From NCBI GenBank assembly GCA_964016885.1, contig OZ024740.1:73780001-73844000 (forward strand): a DNA stretch of 64,000 nucleotides. Direction: 5' to 3'. Both the position numbers and the translations under genes were made by a program. This DNA comes from Eledone cirrhosa (lineage: Eukaryota). This document shows, in pieces, positions 12,929 through 26,374 of this stretch. Within the stretch, counting starts at the first letter, position 1; each line of letters starts with the position of its first letter. The notes beneath the pieces were generated by a model. That model searched no databases, had not been told where the DNA came from, and worked only from the letters and a program-made list of their open reading frames with translations.

Positions 12929-14456
12929 CAGTGGTACCTTTACTTACGAGTGCCCCAACTAACAAATTTTTTGTGATATGAGGGTCTCTTGGCCGATTCT
13001 TTGCTTTGAGCTACGAGCTAAAATTCAGGTTATGAGCCAGCTTCAGATACCCCACCGCTAGTTGGCATAGCGAATGCCACAGTAAACTGCGTAACATCCA
13101 CCCACAATCCCATGGGTCCGAAAAAAGTGAGCGCAAAGGACAGTGCTGAGAAGAAAGTGAGCGCGAAGGACAGTGCTGAGAAGAGAGTGAGCGCGAAGGA
13201 CAGTGCTGAGAAGAAAGTGAGCGCGAAGGACAGTGCTGAGAAGAAAGTGAGCGCGAAGGACAGTGCTGCGAAGGACAGTGCTGCGAAGAAAGTGAGTGCG
13301 AAGGACAGTGCTGCGAAGGACAGTGCTGCGAAGAAAGTGAGTGCGAAGGACAGTGCTGAGAAGAAAGTGAGCATGAAGGACAGTGCTAAAAAGAAGAAGC
13401 GGATGATGTGCATTATATTAAAGAAAGAAATTATCGAAAAACGACCATGGTATGCGTGTAGTCGACTTGGCAAAGCAGTACAAGTGTAGCACTTCTACGA
13501 TCTGCACAATACTGAAGCAGGAGTCGAAAAAGACTATAACACCAGCCAAGGGTGTTAAAATAATTTCTAAACAGCGGACATCTATCTATGGAAACATGGA
13601 AAAGCTGCTGATGGGTGTGGTTGACAGAGAAGCAGCTCGCAGGAGATACCGTGACGGAGGCTATAATATGCAAGAAGGCAGGAGCTATTTACACTGATTT
13701 GCTGCAACAGACCCCAAGCCCTTTGACGGACGAGCAGTTTAAAGCCGGCCAGGGCTGGTTCAAGAATTTAAAAAAAAGGACTGGCATTCACTCCGTTGTT
13801 AGACATGGTGAGGCAGCAAGCGTGGATATGGAGGCAGCTGAGGATTACCTCAAAACTTTTGCCGGAATTATAGCGACCGAAGGATACACCCCTCAGCAAG
13901 TCTTCAACTGCTACAAACCCACAAAGGATAGGCTAACCCTTGCACTGTGTGCCAATGCGAGCAGCGACTGCATGATTAAGCCACTGCTTGTTTATCATTC
14001 GGAAAACCCCAGAGCCTTTAAGTCACATAAGATTCTGAAATAAAAACTGCAGGTTATGTGAAGAGCAAACCCGAGGGCGTGGGTCACCAGGCAGTTCTTT
14101 GTGGAGGATCAATTTGGTCTTTGGCTCTGATGTTAAAAAAAATCTCCAGGAAAATAACCTACCCCTGCAAAGCCCTTCTTGCCCTGGACAATGCACCTCT
14201 TCACCCACCTAACCTCAAAGATGACATCCTCAAAGAGTTCAAGTTTATAAAAGTTCTCTACCTTCCACCCAACACTACCCCTATCCTGCAGCCCACGAAC
14301 CAGCAGGTGATTTCTAATTTCAAGAAGCTCTTCACCAAGAACCTGTTCCGCCACTGCTTTGAGGCGACGGAGAACACAAACCTACCCCTTTGAGAATTCT
14401 GGAAGGACCACTATAACATCGTGATATGCCTCAGAATTATCGATATGGCCTGGCAT
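12929..14456 (+). mobile_element. Tigger/pogo DNA transposon, internally deleted transposase pseudogene
   Basis: CAGTGGTACCT TIR. Peptides MGPKKVS..., STICTILK (HTH), FKAGQGWFKNLKKR, RHGEAAS, KDRLTLALCANAS and YLPPNTTPILQP (DDE_1). The DETG segment after FNC is missing. Frameshifted. Confidence 0.9.
13122..13395 (+). repeat. In-frame 30-bp/15-bp tandem expansion (KKVSAKDSAE) at the Tigger N-terminus
   Basis: AAGAAAGTGAGCGCGAAGGACAGTGCTGAG repeated about 8 times, with two extra 15-bp AKDSA half-units. Confidence 0.95.
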
Positions 14457-14614
14457 AAACACTGCACAGTTTAAGTATGTGCAAAACAATAACAAAGTCA
14501 AAAACCTTTTGATTGACTGTTTGACATTGTATGAACTCAGCCAAATCAATGAGACTTCTTCCCCAGCCATTTTCAGTGTCGGTAGAGGGTCAGGCACCAT
14601 GCTTTCCAGCATAG

Positions 14615-14750
14615 TTACGTCCCTTTACGATCTGAGTTCAAATCCCGCCGAGGTTGACTTTGCCTTTCATCCTTATGGGGTCGATAAAATAAAGTACCAG
14701 TAATGCACTGGGTGATTGCTGACCTTGTGCCTAAAGTAGAAACAGTTATT
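14615..14750 (+). mobile_element. tRNA-derived SINE copy
   Basis: CTGAGTTCAAATCCCGCCGAGGTTGACTTTGCCTTTCATCC...GTAGAAACAGTTATT. Confidence 0.85.
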
Positions 14751-15814
14751 ACCCACCCTTGAAAACCCTGCCAAGTGTCAAATGAGCAGCATTGGAATGG
14801 TGATGCAATCAAGATGACTGATAGTATGATTTCCAGTGATAAAAGTGTGTGCAAAGGTTAAAAAAAAAAGCTTAAATATTGAAAGCCAAGCAGTTATAAC
14901 GATGGGATAGGAGTAAAATTAATAGTTTGTAGTTCAACAGGGAGAGTGGTTTTCTCTGCCTTCCACCACAAAAGTCAACCAAAATCCACTTTTCTTTGGT
15001 GAACTCATTACTGTTGAATGAGCTCGTGGTGCTCACCTTTTTTCCACAGAAAGTGACAGAAAGATCAACTAATGCAACAGTTCTTCCTAACTAACATAAG
15101 CCAATACATAACACCAAACCTGACGCCACTAGGGTTGCTAGACAATCAAAAATTTGAGAAGGAATGAAGCAGCAATCAGAAAATAAAAGAAGACGGAAGG
15201 AACTTGTTGTAAATCAGGAAACATCAACGCCTGGTTAAGATTTCCTCTGTACAAAATATAGCAGGAAACACTCCTTCCCCTTCATCCCTTCTTAGCAATA
15301 AGAGAGCATGCCAGCATTAGCTGGTTATTCCCATCCTCATCACACAAAGATCATGCCACCCTCACCAATCTTGAAAAAAGTCAATTGCTCAGAGACCAAA
15401 CAACAACAGTAATAACAACTAAAAATATATTTATTTTAAATCTTATAAAATAAAAAAAAAAGCACATGCTCAAAAACTCTGCCTTTAAGTTTAACTTGAT
15501 GCCAGGCATTAAAAAATAATCAAATATATAGTCTCAAACTTCAACATTTTCAAATATGAATCTCTGGCTATTCAAACTATACTAGCTTTAGATTTGAAAC
15601 TAGCTTCTTGAATACATTCAAATACATTCCAATCTGAATTACATGGTGAAGTTATATCATATTTTATATGTTATTACTATTTATAGTTCTTTTATATATT
15701 TTGAATATTTTATATTTTTCTAATTAAGTAATATAGAAAGAATTGCTTTGCTTTCATCCTTATGGAGTTGATAAAATAAAGTTCCAGTAATGCACTGGGG
15801 TAAATTTAATATAG

Positions 15815-16620
15815 TGGAAAGATAGTTTAAGATAGTGGACAGACCAGGTACCTCCATAAAAACACTAATTAGTAATACATACCCTTTTCAAAGACCTCTC
15901 TGTATAGATAGGAAATGCATAATCTGTAAGCTAAGCCCCCATATTAACTGTAAAACTAGAAACATAGTATATAGCATAAGATGTACTGAGAGACAATGTA
16001 AAAATAAGAATATAATGTACATAGGTGAGACAGCTCATAGCATAGGAGAACGATTAAATGAACACTGGCGAGAACTTCAAGATAGAAAAGACTCATCAAT
16101 ACTCCACCAACATGCTAAAATAGAACATAAGGGCAAATTAGAGAACATAGAGATAAAAATAGAATCTACACACAGAAAAGACGCAAGAGGCAATAAATAT
16201 AAATGAACTCCAACCAAAATTAAATAGAAAACATGAATGGAATAGCAACATCACAACTTATAATTAAGGACAAAATGAAAACACACACACATAGAACAAA
16301 CAACTAACTAGTAACATGTAAATAAACAAATAAAAACACACACAGACACCCGGATGTAACTCATTCGCAAACTAAGCACACAACACACAAAAACAAGATG
16401 GCGTAGGGTAGAACAAAGGAGGTACAACACAAAGAAAAGAATCCCCAGTTACTGAAGAGGTCACAGAATGTGTGACGAAAGAACTTTGACAATATATGAA
16501 CAACCATCCGGTTGTGGAACCAACCAACCAACCGGAAATTTATAATAAATTGAAGTGAAAGAAACTGGTGCATGCGTTTCTTATTGGCAACATGACCCTC
16601 CCAAAGTATAACAATATCGG
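15815..16620 (+). mobile_element. Penelope-like element 3' fragment (GIY-YIG endonuclease + pLTR)
   Basis: CIICK...NCKTRNIVYSIRC...C...MYIGET..SIGERLNEH...ILHQHA..EH is a Penelope-type GIY-YIG domain. It is followed by a terminal repeat shared with 26528-27280, 23547-23780 and 35180-35400. Confidence 0.85.
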
Positions 16621-17654
16621 TTTCAACACACGTTTTCAGATAAAGAATCTTGCTAAACAAATTCAGAAATATATATATATAAATACAATTAATTATTGCT
16701 AGGAACCTCACCATATATATATAACACAAAAGGAATACATTTTCGTTGCTGGCCATTTTCTAGATTAAGTTTTGCCTTCAAACACCTTTTTTAAATGTTC
16801 AGCAGGATTTGTTTCTTTACATGGACAATACTAATTAAATGACGTTTGCTAAACAATACTTAAGTTTAGTTGATATAACCTAGAAAAGGTATATTGAAAC
16901 TTTTTTCTAGCACACCTGCATCATTGAAAATAAAGACATTTTTTCTTAAATAATGTATCGATTTGCGAAAAAAATATTAAATATCAACATTTTTTCATTA
17001 AACAATATTTCTTTTTTTTAAGTGTAAGCAGACTGGATTTTCCTATGAATAGTATATTCAGAGTTGTATACAAAAGAGGGGTGTTGTAAGGATAAGCAGG
17101 GGGAGACGGTGTTCGGTAATTTTTCTAGATTGTCTCCATTTATTTTTTTTAAGAGAGTTAGTCGTTTAGTTTACATATTGAGACCCCAACCTATCCTATT
17201 TATTTTATAACGTATGGGATTTCTAGTAATGTATATATATATATATATAAAGGATGAGTATTTTAAACTTTATTTTATTCTGAGTTAGGGGTCTTGATTT
17301 TTCCCTGGATTTCACTAAATTCTGTGGATGAATCTATGTCCCGATTCTTTTTGAATTGAGTTTGAATTATTTTCCCACATCTTACGTTAACTATTTTTCC
17401 ATTTTGACGCTATAGTCACTTTATATATTATGAAATACTTCTTGCTCACAATAATTTCTATACTTTTCATTTATATATATATATATATATGTATTTTATT
17501 TTTGTCATGTACAATGTTTTTTATGTATAAATAAAATTAATTGTCGCAGAAATGCAGCCACTTAAAATAAAATTTCGCCGGGGACAGATTAGCCAAATTT
17601 AATAAGCGGAGAGAAGAGTTAATTGTTCGAGACCTGAGAATAATTCTTTTAAAA

Positions 17655-18215
17655 TGATAATTAATTATTGCTAGGAACTTTCTAAATATAATACACAAAA
17701 ATATATAATCAAAGCGAGAGAAAAAAAAAAAACATCAATTCACCATTAATGGCGTCAATCGGTCATCGGAAATTTTTGAGACAAGCCAAAACGCTCGCAG
17801 CATTACTGCGGGTGGTGGCGAGGCTAAGGCGCTGAAACAACCAAGCACCTTCACGGGCATCAGCTGACACCTCGGTAAGGTGAGCCGCTAACAATGACAA
17901 CAAAAACTTCGCTTTCGGTAGTTCAGCTTAACTAAACGTCTAGAACGTTACAGGCTGGAAAAAAATAGTTATCTGATGTTTCCCGGTATTTTAAGATTTT
18001 ATTCTGTTCGGCAAATGAAGCAGTGACCCTCACATTTACCGTGGCATCCATGATATGGGAGGGAGCAGAAGAGTCACTGACTGTGGCGTCCCAGGAGAAA
18101 CATCTGCCACTTAACCAGGGACAAAGAGTAAGACCATCTGGTCTCTTCCCATCTGTTCTGGATAATCGAATCGGCTCCAGAACTGTAGGATATTTGCCCA
18201 AGCCAACGCCCGCTT
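17655..18215 (-). mobile_element. CRE-like non-LTR element 3' fragment (restriction-like endonuclease)
   Basis: LEPIRLSRTDGKRPDGLTLCPW..GRCFSWDATVSD matches the RPD..D RLE motif. It is followed by AWLFQRLSLA..RSNAAS and a 3' UTR. Confidence 0.75.
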
Positions 18216-18359
18216 AATGATCAGGATTTTGTAATCTAATCCTAAAGTACTTCGTTAAAAATCACGAAGAAAATTACTAAAAATAGTTAGATAAATTAAA
18301 CAACTTTAAAATATCAAATATTAAACAAAGATAGTGAGACATTAACGTCTTCCATCAGA

Positions 18360-18612
18360 ACAAGTTCTTGTCATTGTTGGCAGGTCGCCTTGCCGAGGTG
18401 TCATGTGATGCCCGTGAGAGTACCTGGTTGTTTCAGCGCTTTAGCCTCGCCAACACCCGTGGTAATGCTGCGAGCGTGTTGGCTTGCCTCGAAATTTTCC
18501 GTTGACCCTTGTGGTGTGTAAACAATTGATGGTTGTTGTTTTTTTTCTTCGATCATATATTTTTGTGCATTACATTTGTGAGGTTCCTACCAATAATTAA
18601 TTGTATTTATTA
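18360..18612 (+). mobile_element. CRE-like element 3' end (inverted relative to 17655-17910)
   Basis: WLFQRFSLANTRGNAASVL peptide. Reverse-complement similarity to 17655-17910. Confidence 0.7.
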
Positions 18613-19871
18613 TGTTTATATATTCATTCTGTAAGTACGATAAACAATTTGTAATGTTAATACAACTTACAAACCTAATTAGTCAACATATACCTCCGAA
18701 TTGTTTATAAAATATGTAAACATGACGGCAATTTGTTGCTATCGTTCCTTTATACGATAGCAACGAGTCATGTTGAAAACAGAGTTGAGAAAATATTGTT
18801 ATTTTAACCGCTTTATGAATCTTTAATCTACATAGAACAACTATACATGTGTGAACGTGAAAGGACATGTTTATAACAGGGGTGAAATGAAGTTACAAAA
18901 ATAACTAAAATAAAATAAATCGTCGGTGTTCCTCCATCATAGGTCTAAGCGATATTGACATTGACTTGGGTAGTTTCTGTTCACTTTTGTCGTAGCTGAT
19001 GAAGTCATGTAGCGTATAGTTGGGGGTGCAGCTACACCGCAAAAAAAATTGTCCGAAAATATAGTCATTTTATTCGGAAAATTATGAACGCCTGCACCAC
19101 CCAAACTTATAGGAGCAATACATTTATGAACAATATATATATATGGCTGTGATTTTGCTAATATTTCACATAGAACCTTTCCTTTTTGCTTCATACATAT
19201 ATTCTGAGAAAGTCGGGAGGGATTTTAAAGAAATTTGGCTATTTCTAACAGGTCTAGATACCACACAAAGATCTCACTCGTACTACTTTACATAGCAGAA
19301 GTACCCAAGGATGCCTTTGTATTCTCCTTGGGACTTCAGAATTCCTTTCAAACTATATGATTAAGGAATTAGATGTATGTGTATTGTCATTGAAGTAAGA
19401 ATTGCGATATTGTCTTGTTTGTATACTTGTTCATTCCAAAGCTGAAGAACACTCTTAATTTTGCCCTCTGGTACTACAATGAAAAGACAATCGGGGTTTC
19501 CGGCCCTTGTAATACCAATATAGAGCTGACCATGTGAAAAGACAGGATCTGCCAGGTTCAACTCAACGATTTTCAATGATTGCCCTTGAAATTTATTGAC
19601 AGTCATGGCAAAATTGAGTCCAATAGGAAATGGAAGCCTTTGAAATTCAAATGGCAAATCAGTTAGCTTCAGAGGTGTATTCTGGGAATGAAACAATTGT
19701 CACCAGCAAATTTTCGACTGCTAGGATATGGGGCATCATAATTTTGATGATGAGTTTTATGCCATTGCAAAGATTTAGAGGATCCTGATTACTAAGTAGC
19801 ATACTCAAAACTTCAGTATCAGGTTGTGTGGAGGAATTTCAGCTAGTTCAAGGCAGTTCGATAGTTTACAA

Positions 19872-20157
19872 CAGTCATGGGCAACCTGCACCCTGCAAAG
19901 CTTTCTGAATGGCTTGCCTAAGTCACCTAAGTGAAATATTTCTGATTTTTTTTTACCCCAGCTTTTCAGTCATAATTTATCTCTCTCATTTTTACTATCG
20001 AAGAAAATATGTACAAATTCTCAAGAAAAATCAAAACAACCTGAGTTACCACCCTCATTTTTAATGTAGGCACGAATGTAAATGAGCGCTTGCGGCCCAC
20101 CTAATGATGAGCCATATCTTGTGTGGCCCGCTTCTTGAAAAAGGTTGCCCATGCCTG
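19872..20157. mobile_element. hAT-type MITE
   Basis: TIRs CAGTCATGGGCAACCT / AGGTTGCCCATGCCTG. 8-bp TSD GTTTACAA at 19864-19871 and 20158-20165. Confidence 0.9.
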
Positions 20158-20312
20158 GTTTACAACCTGGTCCTGGGAATTGATTGTGTCAACTGATCTG
20201 TGGCATCTTTTCTCTCCTGTTTAGTAGCCTTCTGTTGATTTCTTTCACTTCAACATTTTTCAGTGCTGAGATTGCTCATTCACAGAAACATTTGGGATCA
20301 CATTGTCTGATC

Positions 20313-20807
20313 TGGATTTCATTTTGTTAAAAGCATCTTTTGATAAGGCAATTTTTTCCTTTATTTCTCTGTTGCATCTGCCTCTGATGTTAAGGTATAT
20401 CCAAGGTGTTTAAAGGAGTATACTTGTTTCATGTTTATGTCACTACATTTGATGTTGCGTGACAGTATCTGAGGCCTTCTGGAGACAACCATGCCTTCTG
20501 TTTTCTTTGTGTAAGTCCTTTTGCTTCTCATGGAAAGATCTCTTCTCCATACTATTAGAAAGAGGCAATTAGAATTCTTTGGCCTCATAAACAGAAGAGA
20601 CGGTTTGGAGAAGTTGATTTCTTGTGGCAAGATTATTGGAAAGAGGAGACAAGACAAAGAACAACATTTACAGACAGCCTGAACAAATATGTCAATGAAA
20701 ATAGGACGAGAAAGAGGGACCTCATCCGGAACACTGACAACAGGAGTGACATGAGAGACATGATCACTGATGTCTGGAACAGACCTAGCACCTGGTGATG
20801 ATAATGA
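20313..20807 (+). mobile_element. Short 5'-inverted RTE-type LINE insertion
   Basis: Minus part encodes KKTEGMVVSR...FKHLGYTL. Plus part encodes IRKRQLEFFGLINRRDGLEK and ends in a (GAT)-like tail. TSD TGTCTGATC at 20304-20312 and 20808-20816. Confidence 0.75.
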
Positions 20808-22621
20808 TGTCTGATCAGAATGTTTGGATAGACTTTGGCAATCAGCTCTTGCTTTGTTTCAATGATATGGCCAAATAACAATTGAATCTGGTCATGGGGT
20901 CCTTTTAAGAAATCCATTTCCCAATTTGAGTAGCTGGATGGCAAACTCATTGACACCATCACCATATTGGTTGTAAAGCTCAGTCATGGAAAATGGGGCC
21001 AAGGATAGGATGTTTTTAGACATGCATTGACTTGATCAGCTTGGGTCCCTCGGGGAATTACAGGCAGAGTTTGTCTGAAACCACCAGCAAGAACCGTTGT
21101 TACTCCTCCCATTATACAAATATTGTCTCTCAGATCCCTTATTGTCCAGTCCAAGTTCTTCCTCCAACCAAAAGTGTTGCTGCAATGCCACTTGAAGCCA
21201 CAGCAAGGGCAATATGTTATTTTTGGCAAACTTTTGCAAGCAGAGCGTTTAGGAGGAATGTCTTATGCCAGCAGAAGCATCAATGAAGAAAAGTCCTCCC
21301 CAGTCATTTTGAATGTTTTCCATGATGTGGTATAGGCATGTTTCTGGTTATCCACCAATCGAGGTTCATTTTTATTCACAAATTTACGCAATTTGTTGTG
21401 CTCCCTCCATTTCTTCATCAGGCTCTGGCATCCTACAGCTAATATGCTATTCATTGCCTGAACTCAATGGGACAGGTCGCAGAGAGCTTAATTGTAAATC
21501 CTGGGGTATATTCTATATACATAGTGTTATGCTGTCTTCAGGCTAGGTGTAGATAATCTTCCAACATACTATCTTCGTACTCCTTCCAGAATAGATGAGC
21601 TCATAAATTCCACATGCTATGAACATAATAGCAAACAATTGTCTCATTTGACTGGCTACTTGAGTGACTGCTGCTTTTTATAGGGTCTTCTTCCAATGTC
21701 CATTGTCATGCAGGAGTCCATGCTGTTTTCATGCTTCTTGGTATGTTACACACACCCTTCCGCCAAAGCATCTGAGATTCTCAAAAGACATTGGTCCTTG
21801 AACAGTATGCAGAAGTAGCTGTAGATAAAAACACTTTCTGTTGTTAGTGTGGACATTGTAAACATGCCCAATAGCAACAATAGCCGTGACCTTTCACTAA
21901 TGACCCTGCTTTCTTCGATTCCAGGTCTTGCAATTCATTCAGGTGTAGTATGTTGGAATCTCCGTGTGACCAAAGAGAGTTGGGGTTGCTTGGCGGTGAC
22001 AGAATTCTGCTGTCCTCAGATAATGCAACACTATTAATCAGAAACAATTGCTTGTTCAAACAAGTTAGGGGTGCTAAATATTGTGTGATAGCAGTCTCTG
22101 CCCGAAAACCAGCATAGCGTGATGGTGAATTGCTTAAAGGGGATAGATATTATAAAAATTTAAAGGATTGTAAAAAGGAGAAATCAGTGGTAAATAATTA
22201 TAGCAGTAAATAAATTAAGGAAAGCAAAAAAAATAAAGAGTTGTGAAAAGTATTAAAAGTATAAGGTTACATAAAGTGAATAATAATAATTATAATGTAG
22301 ATAATTAGTTAAAAGTAAACAATTAATTAAAGGGTAGGAAACTAGTTGATAAGCTTGTTCATGTGCACATATGTGTGTTTATATTGAAAAAGAAATTCAA
22401 TGACATGACCTTATTGTGTTGTGAGACATGTACCAGCCCTCTTCAGTCCTACATTATTTACAAGAGAGTTCTTGTGACCAAGTTAGTTCAATATATTGAA
22501 AAAGGAGAAATTTCTCGAACATGTGTTCAATTTATTCCAAGCACTTCAGGTAGAAAACCAAATACCTGCGTCCAGCAGGTAACTCAGAAAACAGTTTGTG
22601 ATGTAACACATACCAGATGAT

Positions 22622-22838
22622 AATAATTGTTTTTACTTTAGGCACAAGGCCAGCAATTTGAAGGGGAGGAGAAAGTTAATTAAATCGATCCCAGTGCATT
22701 ACTGGTGCTTTATTTTATCGACCCTGTAAGGACGAAAGGCAAAGCTAACTTCGGCAGAATTTGAACGTAAAGGGCCGTAACTCTATCCGGCAAAGCATAT
22801 TGTTCGATGCAATACCAATCCTGCCAATCCACTGCCCT
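22622..22838 (-). mobile_element. tRNA-derived SINE (divergent subfamily)
   Basis: Reverse complement of the family body, plus a tRNA-like head at ~22760-22830. Confidence 0.75.
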
Positions 22839-23516
22839 TATAATGATATATATATTCTCTCTCCCACACCTAGCACTTTATCAACTTTCTCACCCAGCAC
22901 ACACTCCTTCAATCTCCATCCCCTATACCCTGTTTGACAGTTGAATATAACAACCCCACCAAGTCTTCCCTAAAAAGTCTGCCACTACCATCTCCCACAT
23001 GCACACACACCCAAGCATATACCAATAAATGCAACCACATAATACACACCAATAACCACACATCTCTGCCAAACACACATACTAACATACGCGCACACGC
23101 ATGCACAAGTGCATACACAGAGATACAGGTGTATGTCTGTGTACACATATACATGTGTGGGTTTATGTGCATATTGATATGTGCGGACGCATGTGTACAC
23201 ACAATCACAACCACACACTTCCACCAACAACACATTTAACACCCACATGTATCATAATATACACTCCACCTACATACAACAATCAATTACACGTGCTCCC
23301 CTCAACTTGACCACCACCCCAACCACGAATAGTGCCCCCCCCCTGCCGCCTTTTTATTTTCTTTCTAATTTAATAAAAAAAAAAAATTTATTTTTTGTGC
23401 TTCTCCTGATAAAGGGCAAATGCCTGATACGTTGACTATGTACTCTCTTTCTTTTAAGCATGAAACTAATATGACTTTATGTTAATGCATCCTCTTATTC
23501 ATTTCTTGTTTCTTTG

Positions 23517-23546
<30 letters not shown>

Positions 23547-23552
<6 letters not shown>

Positions 23553-23780
23553 ATACTTTGGGAGGGTCATGCTGCCAATAAAAACACATGCACCTGTTGG
23601 GTTTCACTTCAATTTATTATTATAATTTCCCAGTCAGTTTAATAACTGGATGGTTGTTTAGTTGTTGATTGTCAAAGCTCTTTCATCAGCCATTCAATGG
23701 CCTTCCCAGTGACTATGTTTGTTGTTATTTTGTGTCTCATCTTTGTTCTGTTCTATACCATCTTGTTTTTGTGACACCAA
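23547..23780 (-). mobile_element. Penelope-like pLTR fragment
   Basis: Reverse complement of the ...CATGACCCTCCCAAAGTATAACAA terminus. Abuts (TA)n. Confidence 0.75.
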
Positions 23781-23784
23781 TTTA

Positions 23785-25241
23785 CATCTCCTCTAACTAA
23801 TCTGTGGAGGATGCTGGCTATATACCTGAAATGTTCTGTCCTAGTCTGATATTCCAGTTTTCAAAAAGGAAAACAGGTCCCTTGTAGTGAATTTCATCCA
23901 ATCTCACTCCCCTCTCATATCATATTTGAGAGGGTGGTGAGATCACAAATAACTCACTTCCTTGGTTCCTTGGAAGCAACAATCTGCTAAACTGCAACTA
24001 ACGGGGGCTCTGTAATGGCAGGGACTGTCTAATGCAGCTCCTGCATCACTTTGATGACATTTTAAGAGCTTTGGGTGAGGACTACAACACTGATGTCTTA
24101 CACCTTCATTGCAGCAAGGCTTTTGACAGGGTTAATCACAACATCCTATTGAAAAAACTATCCAACATTGGTATCTCTGGAAAGTTACTACAATGGATCA
24201 AGAGTTTCCCGACAAACAGAGCCCAACATGTAGTCAAAGGAGTACAATCAAGCTCAGCCAAAGTCAGTAGTGGCGTCCCACAAGGCACTGTGTGAGGCCC
24301 ATTTTTCTTCATTACTTATATCAATGACATTATCGACGTCATCAAGCACAACATAAGAATATTTGCAGATGATTCCAAGCTCCAGAAGGTCATCAATTGA
24401 GTGGGAGACGGGACATGCTTTTAATTAGATCTACTTGCTGATATCCCAGGGAAGGGAAAAAAAACAATATGCTACTAAATGATGATAAATTTGAACTAAA
24501 CCACTTTAGAAAACAGGATGCACTGAAACTATCATATTCACTTCCCTCAGGTGAAACCGCAGAATGTGTTCCTGGATTCTCAGAATCTTCTAGTCAAGAG
24601 ATATTCACACTATTATTCTTCTCTTCTCCATTTTTGCCCAACCCCACCTTGAATACTGTTGTCCACTGAGGTTTCCCCACACGAAACAAAGTATCATTAA
24701 AATTGAACCTCCTCAAAGGTCAATCACAAAAAAGATAGATGATGGCATGTCAGGCCCTGACTATTGGGGTCGACTAAAAAAAACTCAAACTTTATTCTCT
24801 CCAATGTCGCAGTGAGTGCTACATTATCTGCATAATGTGGAAAATATTCCATCATTACCCAAATGATGTTGGCATCACCTTTAAAAAGTACACCCAAAGC
24901 TTGGGCCTCGTGTTATCTGCCCACAACAAAAATCACACTCGCATCTCATAACAACAATACGGCACAATTGTTTCACCTCAATTGGTCCCGCTCTCTTTAA
25001 CATTACACCAAAACACATTAAAATAGAAACATCCCATAAAGTTCAAGAAGTCTTTGGACAAATTCCTTCAAGAAATCCCGGAAAAACCTCCTACACAAGG
25101 ATATGTCCCCGTAAACAATAACTCTCTATTTGAGTGGGCTATGATGTTCAAATCCTTATTTGAAAGACTTCGCCAGGTGGTGCTATTAAGTTAGATATGG
25201 CCTGGGCCAATACTGGCCGAAAGTTATCACAGTTAAAGTTA
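23785..25241 (+). mobile_element. CR1/L2-group LINE RT fragment (pseudogene)
   Basis: SKAFDRVNHNILLKKL, SGVPQGTV, LYINDI and FADDSKL RT motifs, with stops and frameshifts. AAGTTA-type tail. Confidence 0.8.
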
Positions 25242-25267
25242 CACATACATTCATATATATATATACA

Positions 25268-25688
25268 CTGAAATCTTTGGCGCTACGCAGTAATACAGAA
25301 GACCCGCCTTGCCTAAATACAAAGCAAAACCTATAGTCAGTAGGCACCTCTTAACCAAAATACACCCCTGTCCCACTACCCCCATCTACACCACTGCTTT
25401 CAATGTAAAGTTATGTTGGTACCACAACATCCAGTACTAAATAAAGGAGGTCGTGCAGGTGTCACAACAAAAAAAAACCCAGTCCACGCTGTAATGTGGC
25501 CATGTAGGTAACACAGTAAAAACCTCCCAGTCCACACTGTAAATGTGGTTGGTGTTAGGAAGGGTATCCAACCGTAGAAAACCCGCCAGACAGTCCTATA
25601 CGAGCAAGACAACCAATCTTGCCTCAAGTGGGACAATTCCCGTCCAGACCCATGCTAGCGTGGAAGATGGACATTAAACGATGATGAT
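25268..25688 (+). mobile_element. RTE LINE 3' UTR fragment
   Basis: Homologous to 3340-3762 and 32190-32628. (GAT)n tail. Confidence 0.85.
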
Positions 25689-26033
25689 ATATATATATAT
25701 ATATACAGATATGCATACATATATACACACGTATATATACATATATAAATATGTGTATAGATACATGTATATACATAAATATACATGTATATACATAAAT
25801 ATCCATATACATACGTATATATATATATACACACATTTGTAGATATATGTGTGTGTGTGTGTATGCATACCTGTATATACATAAATATCTATATACAAAC
25901 ATATATATATATATATATACACACACACATATATCTATATGATGAAATGATGATGATGATACACACACATATATGTGTGTGTGTCTGTATACATACATGT
26001 ATATACATATATATATATATCCGTACATATACA

Positions 26034-26069
<36 letters not shown>

Positions 26070-26182
26070 TATACACACACACACACATGTGTGTCTGTAT
26101 ACATATATGTATATACATATATATATCCATACATATATATACACACATATATATATATATATATATGTGTGTCTATATATAC

Positions 26183-26213
<31 letters not shown>

Positions 26214-26264
26214 CATACACACACACGTGTGTGTGTATATATATATATATATATACACACACAC

Positions 26265-26345
<81 letters not shown>
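25688..26345. repeat. Compound (TA)n/(CA)n/(TACA)n microsatellite
   Basis: Directly visible. Confidence 0.95.
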
Positions 26346-26346
<1 letters not shown>

Positions 26347-26374
26347 GTCTTATGGTCAATTCAAAACCTGTTCC

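Larger units (their letters stand above)
19291..21900 (-). mobile_element. Decayed autonomous Helitron (Rep/PIF1 helicase), with nested insertions
   Basis: PIF1 motifs QRLPFPIGLNFAMTVNKFQGQSL..DPVFSHGQLY and GGVTTVLAGGFRQTLPVIPRGT, plus YLQLLLHTVQGPMSFENLR upstream. The terminus near 19291 resembles the Helitron end at 49820. Confidence 0.85.

Noticed and set aside
23405-23440. Hammerhead-like CTGATAA-AGGGCAAATGCCT-GATAC
   Set aside because: Both core boxes are mutated and stem I is absent. At most a dead remnant.
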